Origin: Acanthaster planci
Taxonomy: Eukaryota
DNA: 64,000 nucleotides
Reading direction: 5' to 3'
NCBI RefSeq assembly: GCF_001949145.1
Contig: NW_019091357.1
Span: 3,930,228-3,994,227, forward strand
Shown: positions 1-12,000 of the stretch, piece after piece
How positions within the stretch are numbered: position 1 is the first letter of the stretch
Layout: every line of letters starts with the position of its first letter
Translations under genes and position numbers: made by a program
The notes under the pieces: generated by a model
The model's input: only the letters and a program-made list of their open reading frames with translations
Databases searched by the model: none
Told to the model about the DNA's origin: nothing

Positions 1-2280
1 AAGAAAAAATATATCCACTATTTTCATCCTGAAATTCGAAAATCTTCCTCTCACAGTAGGTTGAAGAACAAACTCAAAAAACTCTTTCTACCGTAAGGCA
101 CGACGGACGAATGACTCCGTAGCAATCCCTTGACATGCAGGTCTGTGCTTTCAGATATTGACGGAAAACAAACGAAGCAAGCCAACACCTCAACACCTAA
201 ACTAAACTGAGAAGTCCATAGGACGGTAACACAATTCAAGTCTTGAAAAGTGAATAAAGAGACAAAAGCGATAAAATATATAAAAGAAAAAATGCATGAG
301 AATGCTCTCGCCCACAGAGTAGTTAAAAAAGACAGTGTCTCAACAGGCGGTCATCTTGCTTTCCACAAGTCCACATATGTCGAAACTTCACTTCAGGAAG
401 CAGTCATCCTGAGCTCACTAATTCGACTGCCTATGCGGTTGAGTCGACTTAATTTCCACTGCAATTTTATGTCGATAAATGGCGTTACAATATATGTCGG
501 CAACTGGATAAGCGGCACTCGCACTATAGTACCTGTATGCTCTCCCAAAGGACGTCATATCTGTACGCACACAAAATTGAAGAATGTTTGATCTTTAGAT
601 CTTTTGTAGCATTTTTGGACTGGTCAAGTTTTTCGGGAATCGATACTGCAGCAACAAATTTTTGGAAATTGATTTTGCATGTCTAGTCCTCTGATCCTTG
701 TACGTTATATTATGGAACACCAACCATTCGACCATTGCATTTTACACATCCATTGTTCAATAACTCTTCAGCCAGCTGAGGGCAGACATCGAAGCTCGCC
801 CCAGTTTGCCACTTTCTTCCAGATAATTGAGTCTGGTTGTGCTGGTCGGTTAAGGTCCTACAACCAGCACTTAAGTTCCGTGTAGACAGCAACTGGACAA
901 TCACATTAGATGTTACATGTCTTGAAAGAGCGAGCCCCACTTACCCGGTTGTCGCTCTCTGACCTACAAAATCTTCATTAAAATACGCGAAAGTGGGCAA
1001 AATAAGTGAGTAGAATACAATTTGGCCTAAATAGGCGAAATACTCCGAGATTACAGTACGGTCATATTTTTTATCCAAACCTATCTGTGTCCTGGCGTAA
1101 ATCAGCACTGTCACAAAGCAGCTTATTTATTATTTTATTATTACCTAAAATACACATGAAGATTACGACATGCCTGCATTTAATGCATCAATTTTCATTG
1201 TGTACTGAAAAATTGATGAAAATGATAGCAGTTAACAGTTTGAGGTTCGACAACAACGTCGGATGTTTGCTGGGTCGTGAGTGTGATGCCAACACAGTAG
1301 TGACGTCTCGTCCGGCTAGCCTAAGACCACTCTCATTTTGTCTACAACTTGTGTGGGCGGCCAAAGTTTGCAGAAATATCGACTTTCGGCTGGTTTTCGA
1401 TTTTACCTCCAATTTGATCAAAACGGACATTTGTCCCATTATTTTAAATAGAGTTGTATTTTCATTTAGTATTTGGTAGTACGTGGTTTATATATCTGGT
1501 GTTCTGATAGCTGCGTGGAATTTATTTTCTTATTAATTAATTTCAATTTTTAATTATTCTTTAAATTTGGTACCAACGGCCAACCATAGTTTTACCAGCC
1601 ACTTGTAGAAAAAAACAAGACTGTGACGTCAAAAGACCTGACCCTATAAGGGTTACAATCAAGACAATTATTACTGGGCAGAAATACTACAGTCGCCTGC
1701 GGACAGACCATGGAACAAGAAACGGGGCAGCCGCACCCGTACCCCAGGCTGGTTCAATCAAAGTCCGGCTGAATTGGTTGCACAGTTCCTGGGCGGCCTT
1801 CGTTCCTTCCCCTGCCCTTTCAGGGAACAAGGACTGCCTGATTTCGTTGCCGACCTGTATCCATGACTATGATTTCCTTGAACCTTCATTGGATAGGGCA
1901 CAACCACTCGCGCTGGATAAAAGTTTACGAGTTAGGCAACAAGCAACCCACAATGTCTTCTACGGTCTGTACTTCCCATGCGCAAAATGTTATGGAGGAG
2001 CTCTGCCCATCCAACGCCTGTGCCAGAGAAAGGTCTGCTTGGCTGTTGGCAACCAGTCGTCCAGACAGTTCTGCACGAGCCTGTACCACCACAGAGAAAA
2101 AATATCTCTTTGGTAAGTACCACTTAGTAAGGACAGGACCATTGTCAAGCCCTGCAGCAAACTCTTGATCGTCAACGGTTGCAATATAGTATTATCTTGG
2201 TCATCTGTCCCTAATGCAGACATTTCCAATCCGGTCTTGTGCCAAAAGCACTAACCTGCGACTCTTTTAAGAAAACCAAC

Positions 2281-2673
2281 CTTAATTGATACTGGTCAAC
2301 CGCAGCCGGAAGACCAGGGACAGGGAACCTCGCCACGCGACAAGCCCCGCAACAAGAAACGAGAGCCCGGTCAGTGAGAACATAGAGCTACAACCCATGG
2401 GTTGTAGCTCTATGGTGAGAACATGCAGCCGTGAATGTAGGCCTTGGCTGGGGTGCCGAGGAACGTGATGGAGGAGATGAAGCTCGCCAGCAGGGAGAAG
2501 GCGACTGGGACCAGATTCATGCGCCGGTCGGCCAGCAAGAACTCGGAGGCGGTTCGCTGTTTACCGCCGGCCAGAGCGTGGTACACACCGATGCTGGCAG
2601 AGACGAGCAAGGTGCAGGCCAGGATGGCGTAGTCTGCCCACCCGAAGAGCCACTGTTCTAACTCGACCGCCAT
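2281..2673 (-). pseudogene. Pseudo-exon: disrupted copy (A) of the first coding exon of an SLC5 sodium-coupled monocarboxylate/multivitamin-type transporter
   Basis: ATG at 2673 gives MAVELEQWLFGWADYAILACTLLVSASIGVYHALAGGKQRTASEFLLADRRMNLVPVAFSLLASFISSITFLGTPAKAYIHGCMFS. A 41-bp insertion (34-bp palindrome plus 7-bp duplication) then introduces a TAG. Removing it restores LTGLSFLVAGLVAWRGSLSLVFRLRLTSIN, colinear with the other copies. That frame ends in TAA (2284-2282) where the others have Glu, followed by G|GTTGGT (GT at 2280-2279). Confidence 0.88.
2374..2421. mobile_element. DNA-transposon (P-element-like) excision footprint: GTGAGAA + 34-bp perfect palindrome + GTGAGAA
   Basis: 2381-2414 CATAGAGCTACAACCCA|TGGGTTGTAGCTCTATG is a perfect 17+17 inverted repeat. 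It is flanked by the direct repeat GTGAGAA at 2374-2380 and 2415-2421, and is absent from the three paralogous exons. Confidence 0.8.
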
Positions 2674-3836
2674 AAATCATCCTCATTGATACACAAAAGA
2701 ACATATCCTCCTCAAAGCTCGAATAATGTGTCCGAGCAAGTTAAAACATAGGTCAAACTGACTTGTCTGCAGCCGATTCCGACTATCCAAAACGACACAA
2801 TCGGTTTTCAACTTTTCTTCGTATTCGGCTCTGCGGAAATCGATTATACAGTTGTCCTCCGTCGGTCAATATTTCTTTTGTGAGTCATGAACAGCCACTC
2901 TTAATTTGCTTCTCTAACACTGTTGCAGGGCATCCAACCTGAGACATGCACCACGGTATTTCAACGTGGTTTATTCAAAGTAGGCCTAATAAAACTGACT
3001 ATAAGGACTGTCTGCGCACAGACATGACAAAATGCGCCGTTTATCGCATCCGTAGCCCATTAACCGGCTGCGCGTTTTCTCGTCAATTTACAGTATAAGT
3101 TCTCTAGGTCAGGTGTTGATTTTGAAATGAATAGAACATTTCACAACTTTTTATATCAGATTTAGTACCTGTCTTGTAGAAAATATCCAACAGCAGAAAG
3201 GACCACACGTCTGCCAGAAATACAAACAAATAATCATAGAGGAAGGAAGTAAAACCAGGGAAAGGTCGGGTTTGAAGAACGGATTTAAGATATAGCAATG
3301 AACTTGGAGTTGGATTGCTCAGCCAAGTTGAACGAAGCACAAAACAGGGTGCTGGATATTGGGGTACACTGGAGAAAATTAAACATGTGAAAGGCAACGA
3401 CAACAGGGGCAAAGCAACAGGTGAATTTACCACTCTACACATTATTTAGTATTAATATAAAATATAAGGAAGGTAGATTTGCTCCAGTGCTATCCACACT
3501 TTACCATGGAAACGATATCATTGGTTATGGATACTACTTCCATGCAGGGCACCGGCATGAGATAGGGAGAAATGGACCGGATTTCAAGGCAGTTTCTGAC
3601 GATGGAATAACTATAGTTTTCAATTTCAAGGCAGATTTGACATTAAAGACCTACGCTGAAAGTATTGACCTCGCAAATGCACAGCATTCAGCATAAAGTC
3701 AGCACGTGCAGTAAGTTGTTCGTCAAACGGATGTCCTTCGTGCCTTGAGCGTTGATCTAAGAACTAAGCCGTGAAATACAATAGCATTAATGAGATGTCA
3801 GATGAATGAGATGTCAGTTGATCATTAACTGCCTAC

Positions 3837-4187
3837 CTCAAAGGCGCTGGTGACGTGCAACTGAAAGAATACAGGCATAAAACATCGCCAGGTGATGAGG
3901 CCCGTCAACACGTACGCGATCCCGTACAACCAAAACATGCAGCCGTGGATGTAGTTTTCGGCAGGGGTGCCGAGAAATGTGATGGCCGAGATGAAGCTGG
4001 CCACCAGGGAGACGGCAACAGGGACGGGATTCATGCTCCGGTCGGCCAGGAAGAACTCGGCGCTGGTACGCTGTCTTCCTCCGGAGAGGGCGTGGTAGAC
4101 GCCGATGCCGCACGAGATCAGCAAGGTGGTGGCGAAGACGGCATAGTCGGCGCCGCTAAAAACTCTGGCCACCACTCCAATTGTCAT
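3837..4187 (-). CDS. SLC5A8-like: SLC5 sodium:solute symporter (SLC5A8/SLC5A12/SLC5A5-like), first coding exon, copy B (117 codons)
   Basis: MTIGVVARVFSGADYAVFATTLLISCGIGVYHALSGGRQRTSAEFFLADRSMNPVPVAVSLVASFISAITFLGTPAENYIHGCMFWLYGIAYVLTGLITWRCFMPVFFQLHVTSAFE. Carries the SSF N-terminal motifs (DY..F, EFL.A.R.M, SL.ASF.SA, G.P.E.Y). Ends GAG|GTAGGC (phase-0 donor at 3836-3835). Confidence 0.92.
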
Positions 4188-6400
4188 TGCTAATGCGGTG
4201 GGTAGACCGATGTATAGAGCGTGTAACAGCTGTTTGGAGTGTTCGACGGAATGCTGCCGAGCACTGCTATAAAACACGATGCCACTAGCAGCTTATGATT
4301 ACAAAGAACCGACTGCAGAAATTACTCGTGTGGAAATTGTTGGCAAGTGAGATGCCGGTTTTAGCCAGCGTGTTCACTGTACGTGTATACGCGAACAAGC
4401 CCTTGTTTATATTGACAGCCCCCATGCTATTGTTGAATGATCAAGGAAAATGATTATGCATGACCATTTGTGGTTAGCTTTCCTTTCTTTGATGGTTAGG
4501 CTATGTGGTATCCATGAACTATACAACGACTTTATCCATGCAGACGTGAACACGTCAACTCCTACGTTACCGGATGTCAACCACCTTATCATATGAGAGT
4601 TATACTGTATACCGGTGTTTGTTTCTTTGTATCTGTTCCCTTAAAGCTGTCTGAAGTCACCGAACGATTTGGGGAGGAAAAGCCAAGTCTTGAAATTTCC
4701 CCTTTAACTAAGGTCTTCTTGCTTTGCTTGCCGAACCAAAATGCGCCCGGGATGCGTGGATCCACTATATACCACAAGGACGTGACAACGCTTCCGTTCG
4801 CTGGAACATTCCACGAAATATGCTGGCCTAGCCTTGGTGGTATCAACAATTTTCTTATCCGGCTACCACAGCAAACACTGTGGGTGATGTATTCATTTAC
4901 AAGTTCAAGTTCTCGACTTAGTCGTCCAGGAAATTATCAATCGGAGCGCTCAGAGGACAAGAGTCTTCTCTATTCAGTTCATACTTGGCGCGAAGGTGTG
5001 ACGTCGCCTGTGCGATCAAATTTCGCCTAGGGTGTTGTTTACAGTTCGAGAGAACTCAAGAGCGATGCACTGTCAGGGTCAAGAGAAACGTCACAATTGG
5101 AATTGGACAATCGGGGTCCCTGTCCCAGTTTTCTGGACTGTTTCCAAGTACTTGGCCGAATACGATGAATTCAGGGTGGAGGTTCTTTATGACGTCAAAT
5201 TCCCTTTCCTAAAAATCTTCATTCTTCAAATTTAAAGCTGTTATGTTGCTTTCCTGGTCACAATCATAACCAGGCCAGTAATGCCCCCCCCCAAAAAAAC
5301 GGTCTGTTCGATTTGTAGCGAGACGGGTAGGCGTGATAGGCCTGGTGAACGCGGATGCACCAGCAGCTTGGGGTTGACAGTGCGTCGAGTCGTTGACCGC
5401 TCGGTTTCTCCTACGCTCTCAATGTTAGAAAATAAGGTTGAATTGTCATTTTTTCTTATCGTTTCCCTTTACTGAAGGCAAAAACCAGCGAGAGAACTTA
5501 ATCTCGGGAAGATAAACGAGGAATTAATGTTAATATTAATAACTACAGACCTGTGTGATCAACAGGTATTTTGTGGGTATATGAAATACAGTGTATTCTT
5601 TCGATTTTGTGTTAACTGCTAAGTAAGTGAATTACTGGTATTCCATCACCTCATCCAAATTTCCAATGCCTTGAATTCTTCAGCAGATCCAAACACAAGA
5701 CAGAGAACTTGTGGGATAAATATACAAATACAATCTGAAGGCAAACAAGTTCATTCCTTTCAGCACCCAAGACAAAATGATTCAACATTATATTCGAAGC
5801 GAATGTTTCCATGACACAGCTGTAGGCCTACTGGTATACGACATTGGGGGACGGGAAGTCCCCCAAACTGACTGAACTCTAGACCAAAACAACCTTTGGA
5901 GCAAATCGTTTGTACGTGAATTTTAAAAACCTGAATTCTCTTAAAAAATAAGACTGAGCAAATGTTAAATGGAAATTTAATAAATAAAATCATTTCACAA
6001 TGCAATCACCGAGCGCATGCATGTACTGATAAAATATACTAATGAAGGTCGTGACGTCACTACCTGGTACAACCTTACTGAAAGTGTGAATGCCTTTACG
6101 GCAAGTTCATCCGCGTGCTTTATTAGGATTTAAGCCCAAAGATACAGGTTCACATGTTCCGCGCCATGCATATGTTGATCAAAAATCCTGTCCTTTCACG
6201 AGTTTTCAATACACGTGGTGAGTAGTACCACTTACAAGGTCACACAGATGACAAGTGTTGGGAGGTTAATTAAACTTATGATTGGAAAGTACAGTCGCCG
6301 CCTTGGTTTTGCCACACCTTCTAAATGCAAAGACATGCACAAAAAAGACAACCTTACACATGGAAATGTCGGCGGTGTTGTGTGTTTTATTCCTCCATGC

Positions 6401-6640
6401 TTGCATGTGGTTAAGCGTTTTGTTGGTTTCGGCTGTAGTTATGATTGTGGCTTTGCTTGGCTAGGGTTTGGAGTGTGGCTGTAGTTTTGGTAGCGGGTTT
6501 GGTTGTTAAGCTTGAGTGTTACTTGCGTGTGGTTTAGCGTTTTGTTGGTTTCGGCTGTACTTACGATTGTGGCTTTGTTGGTTTTGGCTAGGATTTCGAG
6601 TGTGGCTATGGTTATAGCGGGTTTGGTTGATAAGTTTGAA
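6401..6640. repeat. Diverged tandem duplication, two units of about 120 bp (GT-rich)
   Basis: TTGCATGTGGTTAAGCGTTTTGTTGGTTTCGGCTGTAGTTATGATTGTGGCTTTG... at 6401 recurs as TTGCGTGTGGTTTAGCGTTTTGTTGGTTTCGGCTGTACTTACGATTGTGGCTTTG... at 6523. Confidence 0.85.
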
Positions 6641-8528
6641 TTAAAGTCGGGACACTGAGATAAGAGATAATCAGGTGGAGTTTTCAAATTGTTTAGGTGT
6701 ATGAGTGCACTACCAGCAAGAGCCGTATCATTAACCACGTTATCGCATGACCAACATCGGGAAGCCTCAGAGGCAACAAAACTATGATCCTACATTGCCT
6801 AGGCGCGAGGTTGGTGTAGGGTATCGTGTGATTTCACTATATCAAAGACCTGTCGATCCCTTGAATCACTCTTGACCTTACAGGGTCGCGTAGCTGGCAA
6901 CCTTACACTACAGTGCCACGTATAGTCCTATATACTACATGTACAGTACTACTAATGGGTAGTTACCACAGCGGCCCGTACGACCCCCAGACGTCGGTAT
7001 TAATGGTAGTCATATTAGACTTGGTTCAAGCACAGTAGACAAGAGCTAATTCCTTACCCCATTATTACATGTACCTTTGCTAATAATATGGATTCCTTGG
7101 AGAACTCCACCTGAAATTTCCCTTTGAGAAGATGACATCCTGTATATTGATGCTAATTGGTACCAAAAGTTAAATGAAAGAAAGTCGTCATTGACCGTGT
7201 AAAAGACAGAGGAGAGGTTCAGGGGTATGCCAATCAGATATTCGAGTGTGCATTCATACAGCTGCTGATATGATTTAATAACTGAATGACGGCACTGAGG
7301 CGCACTACAATGTCTTGCCCGAAATCAAAATTGGGCATCAGGTGAAATTATTGCGATTGCTGAGGAGTTATGCGTTGAAGCAACCAGTGCCAGCAAGGAT
7401 CGTTTTCGCTTTCACTCGAAAGCAAGGTGCCACGATATCACCCCGATCTGCAAACCTGGTCGTATTCGTAAACTTCGACGCCACTGATATTTTGACGCAC
7501 TAGTTTACTCCTAGCCAAACATTCAATATCAACAATGTTTTTGTCGCCTTCTGCTGGGAGTGAACAGCTCAAAGTTCATCCTTTGCGGAACAGTGCATTA
7601 TTATTTAGCAAACAATACTCCTGGGTTGAACTATCCCGTGACCTACGACTTCTCACTATTGGCACAATTCCAGTTCAGAATGATTTGAAGGTCTCGATTC
7701 TGGCGCAACATATTGCGCATTGTAGGAACAGTCGTGTGCGTTGGCGGAATGTGCAACAAGCTAGACGGCGCGACTGATCAGTATTACGACCTACGCGTTA
7801 TTGCTTCCTCCGTTTTTATTGGATGCACGAGGAGTATCAACGACAACTGAAGTTTCGTATTTAACAAACTGAAACCTATTATTGTTTAGTAAGGAAGTAA
7901 CTATTTATCATTATTAATGCGGTGGACGCGTAAGTCGCTTCGACAGTCGGTTTGTAGGAGCAACAAGGGACACAACGCCTCCTAGAAAATATTGGATATA
8001 TGAAAACAAAACAAAAAATGCAGAAAAAGAAAGGAAGGAAACCAAAAAGAACAAAGGCGATATAAAACTCAAAATTCCTAAATTTCTCTAAATTCCTCTA
8101 AATTTTGAGTTTAGTCTTCGAACTAACTCCGTCCATTATTTAATTAGTGATTAACCCCTGCCAAGGAAGCAACACGCTGGGGAAACCCGACTTGGATAAA
8201 GTCTATATAATCGTAGTTCTGGGGGATTGGTTTTTCAAAGGAAAGTATTAAGTCCAACATTTCAACAGAGGAAGTTCACAAGGCGTCAAGACAACCCTCC
8301 TCCCCAGAGCCATTTTCCCATAGAAAAGTACATCATACGACACTTGTGTAAGACCCCCCCCCTGCACCTTCCCAGGACGCCATGGAAACCCTGTTTTTGA
8401 GGCTGATCGGATTGTTCTTTGATTGACATATTTTGACAGCTGATGGCATCGAACGGATTGCTTCCTTTGTTGGTCTCTTGTTCGATTGTCTCTGGGATTT
8501 CTATAGTTCATCTTTCAGAAGTCCTTAC

Positions 8529-8882
8529 CTCGAAAGCGCTGGTGACATTCAGCCGGAAGAAAAGGGGAATGAAGGCCCTGGAGACGATGATACCGGTGAT
8601 GGAGTAGGCAAACCCATACAGCCAAAACATGCAGCCATAGATATAGTTCTCGGCTGGGGTGCCGAGGAACGTGATGGCTGAGATGAAGCTCGCCACCAGG
8701 GAGACGGCGACAGGGAAGGGGTTCATGTTGCGATTGGCCATCAGGAACTCCTTGCTGGTCTTCTGTCTGCCGCCAGTCAGGGCATGGTAGACGCCGATCC
8801 CGCACGAGACGAGCAGAACGCAGGCAAAGACGGCGTAGTCTGCGCCGCTGAAGACCCGCAGCTCTAGTTTGGCGGCAACCAT
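8529..8882 (-). CDS. SLC5A8-like: SLC5 sodium:solute symporter, first coding exon, copy C (118 codons)
   Basis: MVAAKLELRVFSGADYAVFACVLLVSCGIGVYHALTGGRQKTSKEFLMANRNMNPFPVAVSLVASFISAITFLGTPAENYIYGCMFWLYGFAYSITGIIVSRAFIPLFFRLNVTSAFE. Start context ATCATCATGG; ends GAG|GTAAGG (donor at 8528-8527). Confidence 0.93.
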
Positions 8883-9017
8883 GATGATTTCTGTGCAGTA
8901 TTTGATCCAAAATCGAAGACCTAAGACCACTGCTCCGTGCTACGCGGCAGTCTGCTAGACAATGGCCTTGACCAGAAGAAAAGCGACTTGTCAGGTTGGC
9001 AACAGTGGTTTGTTACT

Positions 9018-9022
9018 ATTGG
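9018..9022 (-). promoter_or_regulatory. Possible CCAAT box about 135 bp upstream of the ATG of SLC5 exon copy C
   Basis: Minus strand reads CGGCCAATAG. Short motif, could be chance. Confidence 0.25.
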
Positions 9023-12000
9023 CCGACGCGCTGCGAAAGAGATCTGGCACTACCAACGCATCGGTGGTAAACATGTACACGTACATGTACATTTTTCAAC
9101 GCCAATGTCATGGTTGGTGTCCTAAAGTTGGTGCTAGTTACTCACGCCCTCTGTTGGTGACAGCGTAACTTGAGAGCAGTACACGGTAACGATTCCAAGC
9201 CCGTGTTCCCGCGTAGCGTGGCCAATTTTCTTAAGTGCGAGGGGTGAGGGATGACAAGAGTTCCCAAGGAGGGGGGGGGGTTGTTCCTCTTGCCTACCCC
9301 GATACATCACAGAGTTTGTATAACGGACGGTTCTTTCAAGAACCTTATTATACCTATAGCCACACTAAAGTAACATATAATCAACCCAGGCTATAGATGA
9401 TGTGACGACAGCTGCCCTCTCCCTCGCCACCAACAGAATCCAAATTTTCCAGTGAGAGATGGGTAAGAGTTCCCACAAGAAAGACAATCACTCCACCCCC
9501 TTCACCTGCCCCGGCTACGTCCTTGCCATGTTCCCACTCGTTTCTTATGGGGCAACGCGGAAATCTGGGATTCTCGCAAAATTGGCAGGTACCGAGCCGG
9601 GGAAAACAACGACCATAGCAACGTACGCACGCACCAGCCACTCCGAGGATTGGGTTACACAATTTTTTGTTTGATCAGTACGTACACACGCGCTCGTTGC
9701 AGTTGTTTTCATCGGCGAGGTGTGGTTGCTACGCGCAATTTTGTGAAACTTTCGGAAGTCTGCCCCGCCCCATACTCTTTAAATATCATTACACATACAG
9801 AATGTAGGCCTAACTCTCATGTCTTGCACATTATTATAATAGCCACAATTAAGGACTGATTTAACTTAATTTCTATAAAAGTAGAAATATAAGGAAACAA
9901 ATTTCGCATGGAGAAATCTTAAATCGGGGAATGTGTACAATAGGTTAATTTCCTACATCCACTTTTCTTGTTCTGTAAATACTTAATTAAGTAGTGTCCA
10001 GCATGTGCCTGTTTTTTGCTCTGAAAATGTAGGGACAATTCACTATCCGAATTGACCAGAAGCACCCTGTCACACCCACGGAAAGTACTCCAGCCCGTAA
10101 CGCGTAACCGTTGGCAGTTCAGGTATTTTCATAGAGAATAATCTGCTTCACGGCCCCATGACTACTCAACCATATTGTCTTATACACTTGTGTTCATGCG
10201 CCATTGAGACAGCGTTCATTACAAGTACGCATGCGCACTTCATTTTCAAGCAGACAACAACGGTTTTTCGCGCAAGTAGACGACGTTACAGCGCGGAATT
10301 TTTCAACGACTGACCTCGTAAAATACCAAAGTATGGAAGCATAAATAAATTTTGGGAGGATCTAAACACGACACCACAAACAACACACAATTTTACTCAA
10401 TTAGTGAGATTTTTAAATGACGGTAAATCTCAGAACAGTAGAGAAGTGGATTTTACAGACCCTATATTAAAAAAAATCGAATTTGCAAAATTTGGCACTA
10501 GTTTCATCAATTGATGTTTAATAGAAAATAAATTTTCTGAGACAGAAATCTAGCACCAAATTAAAGATGCACCCTTAATGCATTGATTTCAGACACTTAT
10601 TTTGAATCCGCCGGATAAATTGTTGTACTAATCAGGTCATTTTGAATAATCCCCAAATCGTATCGATGCAACGGTGTACGAAAATTCAAAGCCATTTTAT
10701 GTCCATTTTTATTACCAAAATGGTATATCCAACACGAGGATGATGAATTTCTGTGAGATTTTACTGATTTCGTTAGTACCTATACATTTTCACAAGGTTG
10801 AATCGTTAAATTAGTAACATATCCTGTTCGTCACTTCCGCTGCTGTGGCCACTGACCACTGTGGTACCAAGAGTTCAAGTCGTCACGTCTGCCTGAGCAC
10901 ATGTGCATGAACATGTACATGTCACGCGTACACATGTAACCACGCATATAAGACTGCACTTTTTAGATGAGATATATGACGTATATTTCCGTTACAAAAT
11001 GTCTGGATTCACACGATTTGGCGCGAAAATTTGGTACAAATTCAAACTCATTTTACAAATACTCTTATCCAGCGGATTCCCAATCGATTGAGACAGTCTG
11101 CAAGTTTATATGAATCTAGTTTTTATAACCAGGAAAACTCATTTTAATAGATATTGGTCAAATTTGGCAACACTCAATTATTTCAGGTGAGAAATCAAAT
11201 AACTTTTGGGTTATTTTGCATTTTTCATTACGTTTTTTGAGACAGGACAAAATTAATGCTACAGAAAAATGAAACAATAATTGTAATTTGGATTTGTCAT
11301 GAAAATTTTATTATTTATGCTCCGTTTCCTGGAAATGCATTAACAAAGAAGACGCCTCATTTTGTAGCCAGAGCGTGCGAAATCAGACATAGCCTGTTGC
11401 TATGCCGTTGTTTAGTGCAAATCTTGCGCACGCGCATTTGGGTGATGAACGCCGTGAACATACGTGTACAACCAAAGTAACATTACAAGAATAGCATTTA
11501 CTCGACCGATGTTCTAACTAACCAATCGTGAAAACGTATTTCTTCCCACCAACTATCTGATAAACATGAAAATGCAGCACAGGCATTCGCAGGCGCTCTG
11601 GCCATATACAGACATCATTCTATTTATCACACACTGTGACCCAAAATACTATGGGGTATACTGAAGTTGACTACAAGGCATACAATCATGGTTGTTCACT
11701 ACTTTAAATAACAGCAATGAGTTTCTCTAACAAAACAATTTTACTTCCTGACACACCTCTTCATCGGTTGACAAGAGCTTTGTTGGTCAGGAGTGCTCAT
11801 TATGCTGGGAGCGACGCGCCCGTAACACGTGCATTTCATTGTCGTTTGTGAACCAGCGAAATGCACGCAGTTCCGACCAAAGGAGCCGCGTTTGCTAGGA
11901 AAATTGCGTCCTCTCTTGGACCAGCTCGGGGTACTTATACTATGCATCCGAAATATTTGTCCCTAAAACGAGACTCTTCCCAGATCGCGGGCCAATCCTC

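Noticed and set aside
945..963. Possible 19-nt minus-strand micro-exon (TTTGTAG|GTCAGAGAGCGACAACCGG|GTAAGT) as the next SLC5 exon
   Set aside because: Length is not a multiple of 3 and it does not encode the expected YLExRF. It lies at the edge of repeat-like sequence and is likely chance.
6439..6738. Thr/Asn-rich minus-strand ORF
   Set aside because: Derives from the tandem duplication; the second unit is frameshifted and no family is recognisable.
10130..11700. Possible non-autonomous DNA transposon beginning CATAGAGAATAATCTG
   Set aside because: The sequence looks repeat-like, but I could not find a matching opposite terminus or TSD.
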